Assembly (NCBI GenBank): GCA_009914755.4
Contig: CP068257.2
Coordinates: 32,992,001 to 33,056,000 of the forward strand
Length of the DNA stretch: 64,000 nt
Reading direction: 5' to 3'
Source of the DNA: the human T2T-CHM13v2.0 reference genome, Homo sapiens
Shown here: piece by piece, positions 1 to 13,612 of the stretch
How the letters are laid out: each line of letters begins with the position of its first letter
How positions within the stretch are numbered: position 1 is the first letter of the stretch
Notes under the pieces: model-generated
What the model was told of the DNA's origin: nothing
Seen by the model: only the letters and a program-made list of their open reading frames with translations
The model's database searches: none
Made by a program: the position numbers and the translations under genes

Positions 1-1191
1 ATGTGTGCACAGTCACTATTACTGTACCAGGAGTGATGCGTTCTCAGACCTGCGCAAACAGGCCCTGCGGTGATATGTATGAAAATGAGTGGATCACATT
101 TTTTTAAAAGGAGAGAAACAAAGAGACAAAGAATATAGCCTGAAATATAAACATTGGAACCAACAGCTCCTGCCTTAGCTATTCTGCTCTAGCACAAAGC
201 CTATTTTTTGTTCCTTTATGTAATTGTCCTGAGGCTGGAAAAGCCTGAAGTTGCAGGCAGTAACATTTAAAGCTACTGCTATGGAAGAAAAAATGCTTTA
301 AGTAATGAAGGTGACAGCAGATTGAGCTGAGAGGGGAACCAAGCAGTTGTTAGGGGGTGGAGTGGTGAGGAGGATTTAAAGCAGCTCTGGATGTGAAAAA
401 CATCTGATTTTAGAGTCAGAAACCCTAAAATTAGAGAAATAGTGGAAAACTGAAAATAAACTTCGCACATATGTAACATGTAGCTTTCAAAAATGTACAA
501 CATTCTGAACCTTCCCAAATAAATTAAACTCTATACCATATTGGAGATAAGATCATTTAAGGGGAAATTTTATTCAGAATTTAAATCTGAGAAACCGCAT
601 GCCTCACCCTCACACTAGGGTGAAAAGTGAAAATGGCCTAAAACTGCCTGGATTTTCCAGTGCAATAGAACCCAACTGTTACTCTCCTGCTAGGATGTCA
701 CATTTTACAATATGCTACAACAGACTGGCTTGGAAGAGGAACAGGCAGAAACGCAGCCAAGTATATACAACCTCAGGAGTGGAAACTATGTACATCAGCA
801 GGGCCACCTTAGGTCCTCAAAACACTTCAATCATCAAATTGCTTTCGAATGATGTCCTGCGACCAGAAAACAAGTTTTGGGAGGCCAAGTGCATGATCTG
901 CCGTTTGGGTGGAGAGTGAGCAGCACCCATTAAGGCGAACGGAGGTAACCTAAGGTTAAACCAAATGCCCCATCTCCTGGTCTGTGGGCACCAGTGACCC
1001 CGCCTGTAGGCCACAGGGTCAAACAACAATCAGGAGAAGGAAGCCTGCAGACCAAGGGCCTGGCTCCCGGTTCAGGAAATCAAGGCACAGAAAGGGTAAG
1101 TCATCTAGCTAGAAGTGGAGCTTCATCAAATTTTCAGTGATCTTTTTAAGATATAACGATGCCTCTGGTCAGGCCAAACCCCGGCTTCAGA

Positions 1192-1347
1192 CAATGGTTC
1201 CCAACCTCAGCTAACAATTAGAATCACCTGGGGAGCTTTCCAGGCGATTCCCAGCCCCAGAGATTGGAATGGGTTTGGAGTGGCCTGGAAATGGGAATTT
1301 TTCAAAGCTCCCTAGAGACTCTGACGTGCAGCTAAGGTTGGGAGCAC
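1192..1347. mobile_element. Short non-autonomous DNA-transposon (hAT-like MITE) remnant with imperfect terminal inverted repeats
   Basis: Left end caatggttcccaacc and right end ggttgggagcactg are an inverted pair resembling the cagtggttctcaa...ttgagaaccactg termini of MER-type hAT MITEs. Internal ...gaatcacctggggagcttt... is typical of these families. The family name is not certain. Confidence 0.4.
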
Positions 1348-3574
1348 TGCTCAAAGGTCTCTACTCACATAAAGAATGGAAGGATGTCACTTCTACTTCT
1401 TTCATGCTGATCCGAATATTTTGTTATTAAAAGAAAGTCATGATAGCACTACATCTATCACAAATCTTAGGTGAGTTGTTTTTGTTTTTTTTAGGTAAGT
1501 TTACTCAAGCGAAAAGAGTAAATTTTTCTATAATTTTCTGACTTAGCCTTCCAGCAAAGCTCTATGAATCAAATATACATTCATATTTCAGACAACTGAA
1601 AAAAGGGTATTTGTTTCCATTACTATACGGAACTATATTCACTGCTTGGAAATGAACGGAATATTATCTGAGAACTCTTAAATTCCTGGTCAGCTTGATG
1701 ATGACTGAATAAACTCTTATTCCAGGGAACCAACTAACCATTTTCAGCAATTCAAAGCACATGTAATTACTGGTTCAAAGCATTTTGAATTGTTTTGCTT
1801 TTCTAAATAGAAAAGAAAAAAAGACTCACAAAAAGAGTACTATAATGGAATATGTTCATCAAATATTTGTACAAACAGAAAATAATCATATTTTAATAAA
1901 AGTTTTCATTCATCTGTAACAGTGTGAATCTAATACATTTAATTAACAAACTCATTATACAGTATTTACAATATTGATCCTGAGCCAGCCAATGAAAACA
2001 AATCTTACATATCTGGCCAAGCAATTATAGTTACAAAACAGCTTCTGATGTAAATTTTCAAAAGAATTCTAGTTCAGGTTAATTTTTTTTCTTTCCTTGA
2101 AGACTAAGCTTACAGAATCATGTGACTATATATAAAGAAGTTTGATCCAGTCTTTTTTCCTCACACCATCACTCTCCAGATCCAACAGACTGGCTAAGGA
2201 GGGGACGGCCAGACCCCCAGGGACTTTTGTCAGCATTGCAGTTAATGATCTGTTTACACAAGGGGAGATACCACCAACCTAAAGTAGATTTACATTTACA
2301 TTACATCATCCAAAGGTGACACCCCAGTCTTAACAGTAAGACTGCCACATTGAAACCGCAGAAACTACATATTCCCACCTAGAAGGATGGTTTCAGCTAA
2401 ATGAGAAATGGTCCACTTGCTGCAAGGCTTACCAAGGACCCGCTGTGACTTTAGCTCTCAGGTTGCCCACTGCATAGAGCTATTTGCCCTCAGAGACTGG
2501 GACTCCCTTAGCCCACCTGGTTTTTGGGTTTTCACTGATTGCTGTATATCTCACAGGACCCTAGAATTGGACATCAGTGCACAACCCTCCCTCATCCCCA
2601 TTCTGAAGCTCCAGATTCTCCAAATGGAGAGAAGAGGCTCAGATGGAGGCTCTGCCCCTTTCTCCATCTCCAATACCACCATCCTAGTCCCACTCCCTTC
2701 CTATCTCCCCTGGATGATGGCAACAGCCTCCTACCAGGTCTCCTTGCTTCCTCTCTAGCCTACCCAGTTTCCCTCCTGAAAGCCATTCTCCACCAAGATG
2801 TGCAATTAGAATCACACCTGAATCCTTACCATGGCCCCAGGGGGATGTTTTCTGGTTGCTTATCCAACCTCAGCTACCAATCGCCTCTCTGTCTCTCATG
2901 CAACCCTTCAAGTCCTTTAAAAATGGAGTTCACCCTGCACTGGAGCTTCTGCACCTGCTAGTCCCTCTGCCGGGATGCCGGCCACACAAACACCTCCCCA
3001 GGGAGCTTCTTCCTGTCAACCTGGTCCAGGCTGTGCAGAGGCCTCCCTGGGCCACTCCATCTAAAGTGGCTCCCTACTAACTCCTCTGTGTAAGTCCCCT
3101 TTATCCACACTGTCCCCAGAGCCATTATCTACCCTTCTGTGGGCCCTGAAAGGATGACCCAACCTATGGACTCCACTGCAGGGGCTCCCTTGCCTCCTAG
3201 CTGTCCTTTGAGTTCTGCCAATGAAATCAGAAGCCTGAGAATTTCTTCCCTGCCTGTACCCTGCCTTAGCATCTCAACTCCACACCTTCAAGTCTACAGC
3301 TCCTGGCAGGCAGCTCCTCCCCTAGGTTTCCAGCCACGTGACTTCCTCCCCCAGCTCCAGCTTCCAGCTGTTGCTCATGGCTGCAGGCCTGGACATCCCT
3401 TGTTAGTTCCCTCAGGACTGCCCCAATTCACCAGCTCTTCAACAAAACCCCCACAGTGTTAGGACCTGACCACTCTGACCAAGCCCCCTCCCCTTGCTCT
3501 CTATCCCTGTTTCAGTCTCTTCATCGCATTTATCACTATCCGAAATGATCTTGTTCACTTGCCTTTTTCCTATT

Positions 3575-3720
3575 GTCTATCTCCCCCTCAACCACTGGAT
3601 CCTAAGCTCCATGAAAGCAAGGAGCTTGAAATGTTCCCTGCTTTATCCTCTGGGCCTAAACCAGTGGCTGGAACACAGTAAGCACTCAATAGACAGCAAA
3701 GCCTGAATGAACCAATGCTA
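3575..3720 (+). mobile_element. MIR (SINE) 3' portion
   Basis: ...ctaagctccatgaaagcaaggagc...ctggaacacagtaagcactcaatagacagc...gaatgaaccaatg matches the MIR tail (cctggcacatagtaagcgctcaataaatg...). Confidence 0.55.
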
Positions 3721-5336
3721 CATTGTCTCTGCTCAAAATATCACCATATCAGTAAGACCTTCCCTGATCATCTTATGGAAAATAGCAATCTCCCCTCCAC
3801 TCCCAGATCTCCACTCCCTCCTCCTGCCCTCCAAGTCTTATTTTTTCCTATAGCATCATTACTTTCTGATACATTTGATATTTCTTTATTGCTTGTTTCC
3901 CTTCCAAAAAATGTCAACCCTGGAGGCAGAAATGCTATTTTATTTACTGATGCAGCCTCAGAGCCTAGGACAGTACCTATCCCGTAGCGAAGTCTCAATA
4001 AATATTTGTTAAAATGAATAGCTAGCGAAGTGGGCAAACTTTCATACAACACAATTTCAGGATTGTATCCAACACTGGAAAAAATTGTCTCCAACACTAC
4101 AAGTAAGTGCCGTCTTACGTGACTTGACCTTGTTCTAGCAGAAAGACAGCCTAGAACTCCTAAGGAAAAGGTTTGAAATGCTGGCTAGCGCTTAGTTTAT
4201 ATGGAGAGGAAAAGGTTTTAGAGTAAGATCAATCAGTAAGACCCTGAGTTCCTGACAATTGCTGCTCTAGAAAGCATGCCTGGAAGCTTACCTAAGCACA
4301 CGGCCATTGTAATTCCTTTCAGAAAGTAAGTGAACATATAAATTATAAATAAATGACACTTACATACACCATTCTGTTTCACAGTGGTGTTGTATTGGCA
4401 GCAGCCTTCAACTATAGTTCATTGACAGCATTTGTGGACCCACAGCCAAGCGCTGAAAGCACTGCTTTTTTTGACAGCTGCTCTCCTAATGGGGCATCTC
4501 TCAAAGACCGGTTTCATTCTGTGACGCCCACGTTGTCCACATTTTATTCTGCACAATAACTGCAGATTTGAAATAAATTCTTCCTCCCCACCACCATTAT
4601 TGATTACTCATACCTGCCCCTCACCCTCCAAAGTGTCTAAATTGTGTGGATTTTGCGGGGGTGGGGGGAGGCGGGGGAAGGAGTCGACTCCCCATGTACT
4701 GGGTGTCCCCGATGGCGGCAAGCCACACCTTCACACAAGGGGGCAAGGTTCTTGACTAAATATCCTAAAGGTCTGAAAGATGGTCCCCTTCCCCCCAACA
4801 CAATTCCACCAAAACTGGCCAGCCGCTGGCTAATGAGCAACCACGGATCCTCACCCAAACATTGGCTTTTCTTCCAATAGTGCAGATTGGGAATGCAGGG
4901 ACGTCGTCCTATTTATGAACACTGAGTCACGTCGCCGCTCAATGTCTGTTTCCTCCTCCCTAGGAATGAGGTGACCCCCTCCTCCAGCGAGTAAATGCGG
5001 GGCGATGGCGAGAGCGCAGGGGGCGGCGGCGCTGCCCCACCTTGGGGAGCGAATTCACCCCCCTAGTCGCACCAGCCTGGGCGCACACGGGGGCCGGGGC
5101 GAGCCTGTGGGACTCTGCAGTGAGCTCCGCGCGCCCCGGGGGTGCTAGGGGACCGGGACCCTCGGGGCGCCGTCCCCACGCCCCAGCCCTGACGGGTCCG
5201 CGGCCGAGCAGCCCGGGGGACGTCGCTGCCTCCCCGCCCCGCGCGCGGCCGGGACTGGGCGCTGCGACCCGCGCCGCCTCCTCGGGCAACAAGTGTCCGC
5301 CCTCCGCCCCGACGGCCCGCCCGGCGCGGTCCTCAC

Positions 5337-5588
5337 CCGGCACAGGCCGTCCACGAACACGCGCGGGTCCAGGTGACAGGCGATGGTGGCGCTGGGCAGG
5401 TCCTGCAGGTCCACCTCCTCCATCTCGCAGTCAATGAAGCTCCAGTCGCCGCCGCCCTCGTCCGCCTCGGCCGCCCCCGAGAGGGGCGCGAAGGGCCGCA
5501 GCGTCACCCCGGGCCGCGCTCGCGCCTCGGCCGCCTCCGCCGCCTCCGCCGCGGCCCCGAGCTGGGGACCGGCCACGCCGTCCTCCAT
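5337..5588 (-). CDS. RCAN1: RCAN1 (DSCR1, regulator of calcineurin 1) exon 1, coding part. Encodes the 84-aa N-terminus of isoform RCAN1.1L; a second in-frame ATG (MEEVDLQ..., codon at 5421-5423) is the RCAN1.1S start.
   Basis: Minus-strand ORF translates to MEDGVAGPQLGAAAEAAEAAEARARPGVTLRPFAPLSGAAEADEGGGDWSFIDCEMEEVDLQDLPSATIACHLDPRVFVDGLCR, which matches RCAN1 exon 1 from memory. The codon CGG (R84) ends at 5337 and is followed on the minus strand by gtgagg, a consensus 5' splice donor. The supplied ORF track continues to 5145 only because it reads through the intron. The exon sits in a CpG island. Confidence 0.88.
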
Positions 5589-6000
5589 CCCCGCGCCCGC
5601 GCGACCCTGTGCGCCCCAGCGGGCTGCTCCGGGCTTGCGCGCCGGAGCCTCACGCGCTCCGGTCCGCGCCCGGCCGGCGGCTCCGCCGTTAACCCCCTCG
5701 GAATCGCGCGGCGGCAGGCGGCGGGCTGTCAGCAGTCTCCCAGCGACACGGCCTCCCAGCGCCAGCCCCGCCCGTCACCGTTCCGCGCGGGAGGGGCAGA
5801 AGCCCGGCGCGGCGACCGCCCCCCCAGCCCCTAGGGCCGGCCACCGGCAGATCCAACGGTGGCCCCTTTAAGGCCGGCGCCGGTTGGGTTATTGTACCCC
5901 GCCCTTCCAGGAGACGGGGCCAATAAAGGAACGGAATTCTCTTCACGTGACCTTCCTTCTGCCGCCCGAAGCCCGAAGCCTCAGGGCGGCCATGTTGGTT
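5589..6000 (-). promoter_or_regulatory. RCAN1: RCAN1 exon-1 (isoform 1) 5'UTR and core promoter inside the CpG island. TSS probably around 5800-5880.
   Basis: GC-rich, CpG-dense sequence immediately upstream of the ATG on the minus strand. Minus-strand reading contains CCTTTATTGGCCCC (inverted CCAAT/Y-box, ~5915-5925), GGGCGGGG (Sp1 GC box) and CCTTAAAGG (weak TATA-like, ~5868-5876). A CACGTG E-box lies at ~5946. The exact TSS cannot be fixed from sequence alone. Confidence 0.5.
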
Positions 6001-6500
6001 AGGGGCAAAGTCCTCGTCCCCAGTTCCGCTTTTCTGACAGCTGGTGCCAGCTGAAGGACGCCGGGCAGAGTCCTCGGCTCTTGGGCCCTTGGGGTGATAA
6101 CTGGGGAGGCAACGTTTTTGTGGTTCCCATGCGGGGACGTTTTGAAGCACAGGGGCCCACTTTTGGGAATTTAAGCGAGACATAGTCTCCCTGTGGCTCT
6201 GTGGCCCCTGGCAAGTGGTTAGATGCTTACCGTATATTATCAGATATAGTCGCAATAAAGACTGAACTAGACCATGATAACAATGCCTTACTTTTCTATT
6301 TCAGCGTATTAGTCACTATACCATTGTGAAAATTTATGTAATTAGAAGTAATTTTTCTGAATTACCATTATATGCTATGTACAATAGGACATAACGAAAG
6401 AATTAAGAGATCACCCCTTTCCTTTGGGGAATAGCGGAAAAATAAGAGGACCTCAAGTGAGCAGACATGTCTCTTCCTGAAAAATAGAATTCTTTTTTGG

Positions 6501-6660
6501 ACAGTATGATACAGTGAGAACTTGGGTCTGAATTTCAGCTTTGCTTTTTAACTACTTGTACAAATAAGCTGAATCTTAGTTTCCTCATCTGAAAAAAATG
6601 AAGACATATTACTAAGAATTCAGTCAGTGCTTAATAAATGGTAGCTGTTTATGCACTGGG
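6501..6660 (+). mobile_element. MIR SINE
   Basis: acagtatgatacagtgagaacttgggtctgaatttcagctttgc...aatcttagtttcctcatctgaaaaaaatgaag...agtgcttaataaatggtagc follows the MIR consensus (acagtatagtggttaagagc...cctcagtttcctcatctgtaaaatgggg...cgctcaataaatg). Confidence 0.8.
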
Positions 6661-7394
6661 TTCTTTGGAGGTTGTGAAATTACAGTTATATTTTTTCTTA
6701 GAGTAGGCTTACTCTCTAGTTAGGAAGTGTTAGTAATTATAACAAAAAGTATATCCAACAGCTGAGATTTATTCAGAACTTGCCATGTGCACGGTTCTAT
6801 GATTACTATTATCATAGTCTTAGGACAGTTTGTGTCCTCAGGGAGCTAAACCCAAGAGGAATAATAATACCCATCTAGAGATAACTCATAAAATAGAATA
6901 TGATATGAGGATGTGAAGAAATTGGAACCGTCATACTGTGAAAGGGAAATCTTGGGCCCCCAAAATCACTAAGGAAAACTAAAGCTGGAAGTTGCTTAGA
7001 GCCAACCAGCCTCCCATTCCATTCAAAGTCACCCCTCTGCTCACTGAGACAGATGCATTTCACCGAGACAGATTTGCCTCCTTTATAAAGACTAATCAGA
7101 AACCCAAAGAGTGTAACCGTTTGTCTATCACCTATCTGTGACCTGGAAGCTCCCTCCTGCCTCCTGCCTTTGCAGTAGTCTTCCTGCCTTTGCTTCAAGT
7201 TGTCCTGCCTCTCCAGACCAAACCAATGTACTGCTTACATACATTCATTGATGTCTCATGTCTCCCTAACATGTATAAAACCAAGCTGTGCCTTGATCAC
7301 CTTGGGTACATGTCCTCAGGACTTCCTGAGGCCTGTCATGGGCATGCCCTCAACCTTGGCAAAATAAACTTTCTAAATTAATTGAGACCTGTCT

Positions 7395-8345
<951 letters not shown>

Positions 8346-9048
8346 ATTTCAGTAAGGCTAGTATTTTAAAAGACCACAAGACATTGGATGAAGTGCAGCA
8401 GAATGGATGACACTGCAGAGCCGAAAAGTCTCGGTAAACTCGGCCAGGCATTGTGAAAAGGGTAACAAAAGGATGAGGCACTGGTTTTGGAAAAACAACA
8501 CCCGGTCAACCTGTCGCTGGGTGGGTCCATGTTTTCATCCTTAGGACAGTATGCTCTTTCATTGCTGGCTTGCCATAAGCCACTTACAGCATGCAGAGTG
8601 GGCCTGTTGGACAAAGTGTTCAACAGGAAGGAAAGCACCAACAAAACAGAAAGCCAAAATGCAAGCAGAGCAAACCCTTGCAGCTGGCTCTCTGATGTGT
8701 TAAGACAGGAGCGAGCAGGAACAACCTCAGGCGAGTGGTGAGGACAGTTACTTGTAACTGACTTCAGAATGCAGCTGGTCATTACTCAGATACAGACCAC
8801 ACCAAACATTTCCCTCCACATCTGTGGATCCCCACCTCTCTCCTCTCCTTCCCCATCTGCACTTCCCCAGGAAGCTAAGTGAAGAGGGTGACTTTTCTTA
8901 GTTCTCCGACCAGATCAATTACTTGTCTGTATAACTCCGACAATAATAATACTGGTCTCTTCTGTGTAGCTCTTAAATCGTTAATGGGTGTACACATAAA
9001 CTAGCCCACATCATCTTAACAAACTGGTGTTATTACTGCAGATTCTTA

Positions 9049-9527
<479 letters not shown>

Positions 9528-10959
9528 TCAACTATACCTAGGGGTAATCTCTTAAGATGCTGTGCTGCCATAAATTGTGTACAAATTCCTCACTAGTTCT
9601 TTGGAAATTGTTAGCTGGGCCTCTTTTACCAGCTGTGGCAACAGCACGTAAGATCCATCTCTGCTTCCCCCTTTGGCTTCTAAGTAGAGAGCCTTCCTTT
9701 TTCATTGGCTCAAAGGAGCTGATTTGATCCAGCTTTTCAGAAGGGGAAGGAACCAAAATAGGTAAAAAAAAAAAAACTCAGTGATTCTTTTTTTTTTTTC
9801 AAATGGAGGAAGGACACACATTTTAATTAATATATCCTACCACCTCCCAATCATTTCCTCTCCTTACATTTCCTTCATGTCAGCCATTGCAATTACCCAA
9901 TATAAAAGGAGAAGAGGCGCTCAGAAAGCCATGTTTGGTTATTTTTGTTCTTAGCACCTGTCTCTTACATCAATTGCAGCCCAGTTATGCAGACGTGCCT
10001 ATGCGTGGATAAATGAGCCTATTCATTTGCCAGGTGGGAAAGTTTTACTCTAGATACTTTTAGTTGCATCCTGTTTTATTCTGGAAATTAAAGGACGCTG
10101 TGTTCAGTAGTCACTTGCCAAGTGTTTATTAAATGAACCAAAGGCATTTCGGCACATTCTGAGAAATTATAGACATTTAAAAAATTCATTTAAGGTGGAA
10201 GGCAAATTGCTGACTTTCTGAGTGTTTGCTTTCACAATGAATGAACAGTTCCAAAGACTGCTTCAATGAATAAACCCCTTAAATAATTCATTTGGAAGGC
10301 TCTATTTTGTTACCACCTATGAAATGAATAAAAATGTTATGCTATTTTATTATTATTGTTTTGTTTTATTTTAGCAATAGGAACTTTTTTTCCCTACTCG
10401 AAGTTCATTCTTAAAACCCATTCTTAAAATTTTCTGTTATTTTTGATGGTATTATGAAACTTTTTAATTTAGAAAGATAGTTATAAATTTGATTTGAGGG
10501 AAAATAGTAGATTTTGGTGACTTTGTCTAAGTGTGGAAAGGAACTTCACTGACTTTGACCTTTCTCTAAGTTCTCTTTGAAGCGTGCTGGCACTCATGTG
10601 ACTTTTATGTTGAGTTAGGAGTCTTCTGGTTGCCAGTAACCACAACCTCTGAAGCCAGTTTAAACAGGAGATCATTTAAATTAAGGATGTAAGGCAACTC
10701 TGGAAGCCTAAGGTGAGAATATCGCCTCGGGAAGGGTCTAGAAGATGGACCCTGATGCTGCCTAGAAGCGGGCTGTCTTCTTGGGCCCTGTTGAGGCCAT
10801 CAGAGGTGGGGGATGGACACATAAGCAAATGGGCCTCCACTTCTGAAAGTCAGCAGCCCCAGCATCTCCAGGGAGCGCTCATTGTTCAAAAGGTCTTCCT
10901 TTGTTTCAAGCTAAAAGCACTGCTCCTGCAGGAGTATTGCACACTCTCCAGAAGCCAGA

Positions 10960-11045
10960 TAGACCTGGCCTTCATTCAGCTCTGTCCTTTATTATCTCTC
11001 TGGCCTCAGGGAAGCCACTTGACCTCTCTGAGGTCCTGTGTGTAA
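10960..11045 (+). mobile_element. MIR-like fragment
   Basis: ...ctctggcctcagggaagccacttgacctctctgaggtcctgtgtgtaaaaaggtgatataaatagc resembles the MIR core (gtgaccttgggcaagtcacttaacctctctgagcctcagtttcctcatctgtaaaatgg). Confidence 0.45.
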
Positions 11046-11984
11046 AAAGGTGATATAAATAGCTTCCTTTCAGAGGTGCCGCAGAGGTCAGACACATGCC
11101 CAGCTAATGCCTGCCATGGAGGAGTGGCTCAGAATGACAGGACCTCAAATTCTCTTCGTCCCAGGTTTTCATTTTAAGATCGCCTTCTCTTCTGTGTCAC
11201 AGCCTCTTAACACAAAATAATAAGTAAATAGATCTTCCCCTCTGGCCAGCTTCTCAGGAGTGAATACCAGGGCAGAATCTGGATCCAGGACCAGTTAACT
11301 GTTTTGCTTGTTATGAGTTCTTTGGATTTCAAGACAGATGGTACATTAACAACTCATCCCACCCCATCCCTGCCCTATGGACAGGTTTCCCTGGCTTCCC
11401 TTGGAAGCCACCTGTGTTTGCTGGGCCAGCCTGTCCTGAGATCCGCCTGATGTCACTGACATAATCCCAACAGGACAGATTTCCTTTAAGGCAGGGATGT
11501 CCAATCTTTTGGCTAGTCTGGGCTACACCGGAAGAACTGTCTTGGGCCACATACAAAATACGCTAACACTAATGATAGCCAATGAGCTAAAAAAAATTAC
11601 AAAAAAAAATCTCCTTATGTTTTAAGAAAGTTTACGAATTTGTGTTGGGCCACATTCAAAGCTGCCCTGGGCTGCATGCAGCCTGCAGGCCGTGGGGTGG
11701 ATGAACTTGCTTTAAGGGGTTGGGGTAGGGCATCCTTGGTACTTCTCCCAGTGTCCTCCCTCAGGGTTTTAACTGCTGTGATGCGTTCCTTCCTTAATTC
11801 TACCCTATACTGTAGAAGTCATATCTTACTTGCTAGTGATGTTGAATAGTGCCTGGTGTGTTGAATAATGATGCCTTCATGCTTGTATACTCACCCAGAG
11901 GAGGGCTAAAGTGACAACACTAAGCAAGCCTTGTCCGGGCCTGACTCAGCCTGACTTTGGCTCAGGGGACTTCTACACTCATTG

Positions 11985-12377
11985 GGATGCTGTTAAAGTT
12001 TGACTGTGTCCCCACCCAAATATCGTCTTGAATTGTAGTTCCCATAATTCCCACATGTTGTGGGAGGGACCCAGTAGGAGATAACTGAATTATGGGGATG
12101 GTTTCCCCTATAGTGTTCTCATGGTAGTGAATAAGTCTCATGAGATCTGATGGTTTTATAAAGAGAAGGCCCTTTTGCTTGGCTCTCATTCTCTCTTTTC
12201 CAGCTGCCATGTAAAATGTGCCTTTGCTCTTCCTTTAACTTCCGTCATGATTGTGATGGCTCCCCAGCCATGTAGACCTGTGAGTCCATTAAACCTCAGT
12301 AAACCTCTTTCCTTTGTAAATTACCCAGTCTTGGGTATGTCTTTATCAGCAGCGTGAAAGCAGACTAATACAGATGC
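11985..12377 (+). mobile_element. MaLR solo LTR of THE1/MST type
   Basis: ...gactgtgtccccacccaaatatcgtcttgaattgtagttcccataattcccacatgttgtgggagggacccagtaggagataactgaattatgggg...ctcatgagatctgatggttttataaag...gccatgtaaaatgtgcctttgct...ccatgattgtgatggctccccagccatgtagacctgtgagtccattaaacctc...taaattacccagtcttgggtatgtctttatcagcagcgtgaaagcagactaatacag follows the THE1/MST consensus. Confidence 0.8.
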
Positions 12378-13174
12378 TATGTGCAGAGCATTATCTAGAT
12401 GCTGGAGCTATGACGGTCCACAGAACAGACAAGGTCCCTGACTTCATGAAGTGTACTTCCTAGTGGTGGTAGTGGAGGGAAGGAGAGAGATGGACAATAC
12501 ATAAAATAAGTAAATACAACATGTAGATGTTGATGATATGCATGGTGAAGTACAAAGGAACAAAAAAATAAAGCAAAGAAAAGGAACTGGAAATAGGGAG
12601 GAGGGAGGATTTCAGCTCTAGCAACCAGGGAAGACTGAAGAAGGGGGAGAATGCCATGGCTACTTCTGGAAAACAGCACTCCAGGCAGAGGAGAAAGTGC
12701 AAAGTCCTGGGGGCAGCAGCTGCTCATCTTGTTGAAGCAACACTGCAAAGGCTGTGATAGGTTTCTTCTGGGGCTGGGTGAGTGATCAAGGGGGTGAGTA
12801 GTGTAAAGTTCAGAAAAGTGATAGGGTCAGATCATATAGAACTTTGTAGGTCACAGGAAGGAGTTTGGGTTTCATCCTCATTGAGACAGGGAGCTGGTGG
12901 AGGCTTGAGCAGAAAGTAGCTAACCTGATCTTTCTTACAACTACTAGGAGGACTCACTTGGGAGCTGTGTGCACAGAACACTGTGTGGGGACAAGTGTGG
13001 AAACCAGAGACCTCTCAGGAGGCTGTTGCCATCATCCCAGTGGGAAAAGGTGGGAACTTGGGTCTGGATGGAAGACCCAAAGTGGTAAGAAAATGGTAAG
13101 ATTCTTTCTATATTTTGAAGGCTCAGACAACAGGATTTCCTCAGGGTATTAGTTCCTTATGGATGCGATAATAA

Positions 13175-13612
<438 letters not shown>

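Larger units (their letters stand above)
4640..6000. other. RCAN1: CpG island spanning the start of RCAN1 intron 1, exon 1 and the promoter
   Basis: Sustained very high G+C with frequent CG dinucleotides (e.g. 5041-5880 is almost pure GC with CG every few bases), in contrast to AT-rich, CpG-depleted flanks. Confidence 0.75.

Noticed and set aside
5145-5336. Continuation of the RCAN1 ORF beyond ...DGLCR (track ORF 5145-5588)
   Set aside because: The sequence after codon 84 begins gtgagg (a 5' splice donor) and the downstream translation (VRTAPGGPSGRRADTCCPRRRRGS...) is Arg/Pro-rich junk. The exon ends at 5337.
5042-6255. Several 130-190 aa ORFs on both strands overlapping the RCAN1 exon-1 CpG island (e.g. 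5042-5437 +, 5373-5834 +, 5383-5871 +, 5689-6255 -)
   Set aside because: GC-rich CpG-island sequence is stop-codon poor. The translations are low-complexity (R/P/A/G-rich). Only the minus-strand frame giving MEDGVAGPQLGAAAEAAEA... matches a known protein, and only as far as the splice donor at 5337.
12395-12748. 117-aa and 80-aa minus-strand ORFs just 3' of the THE1/MST LTR
   Set aside because: Low-complexity, no homology recalled, no start context or splice signals. Lies in AT-rich repeat-derived sequence adjacent to an LTR, most likely chance ORFs.
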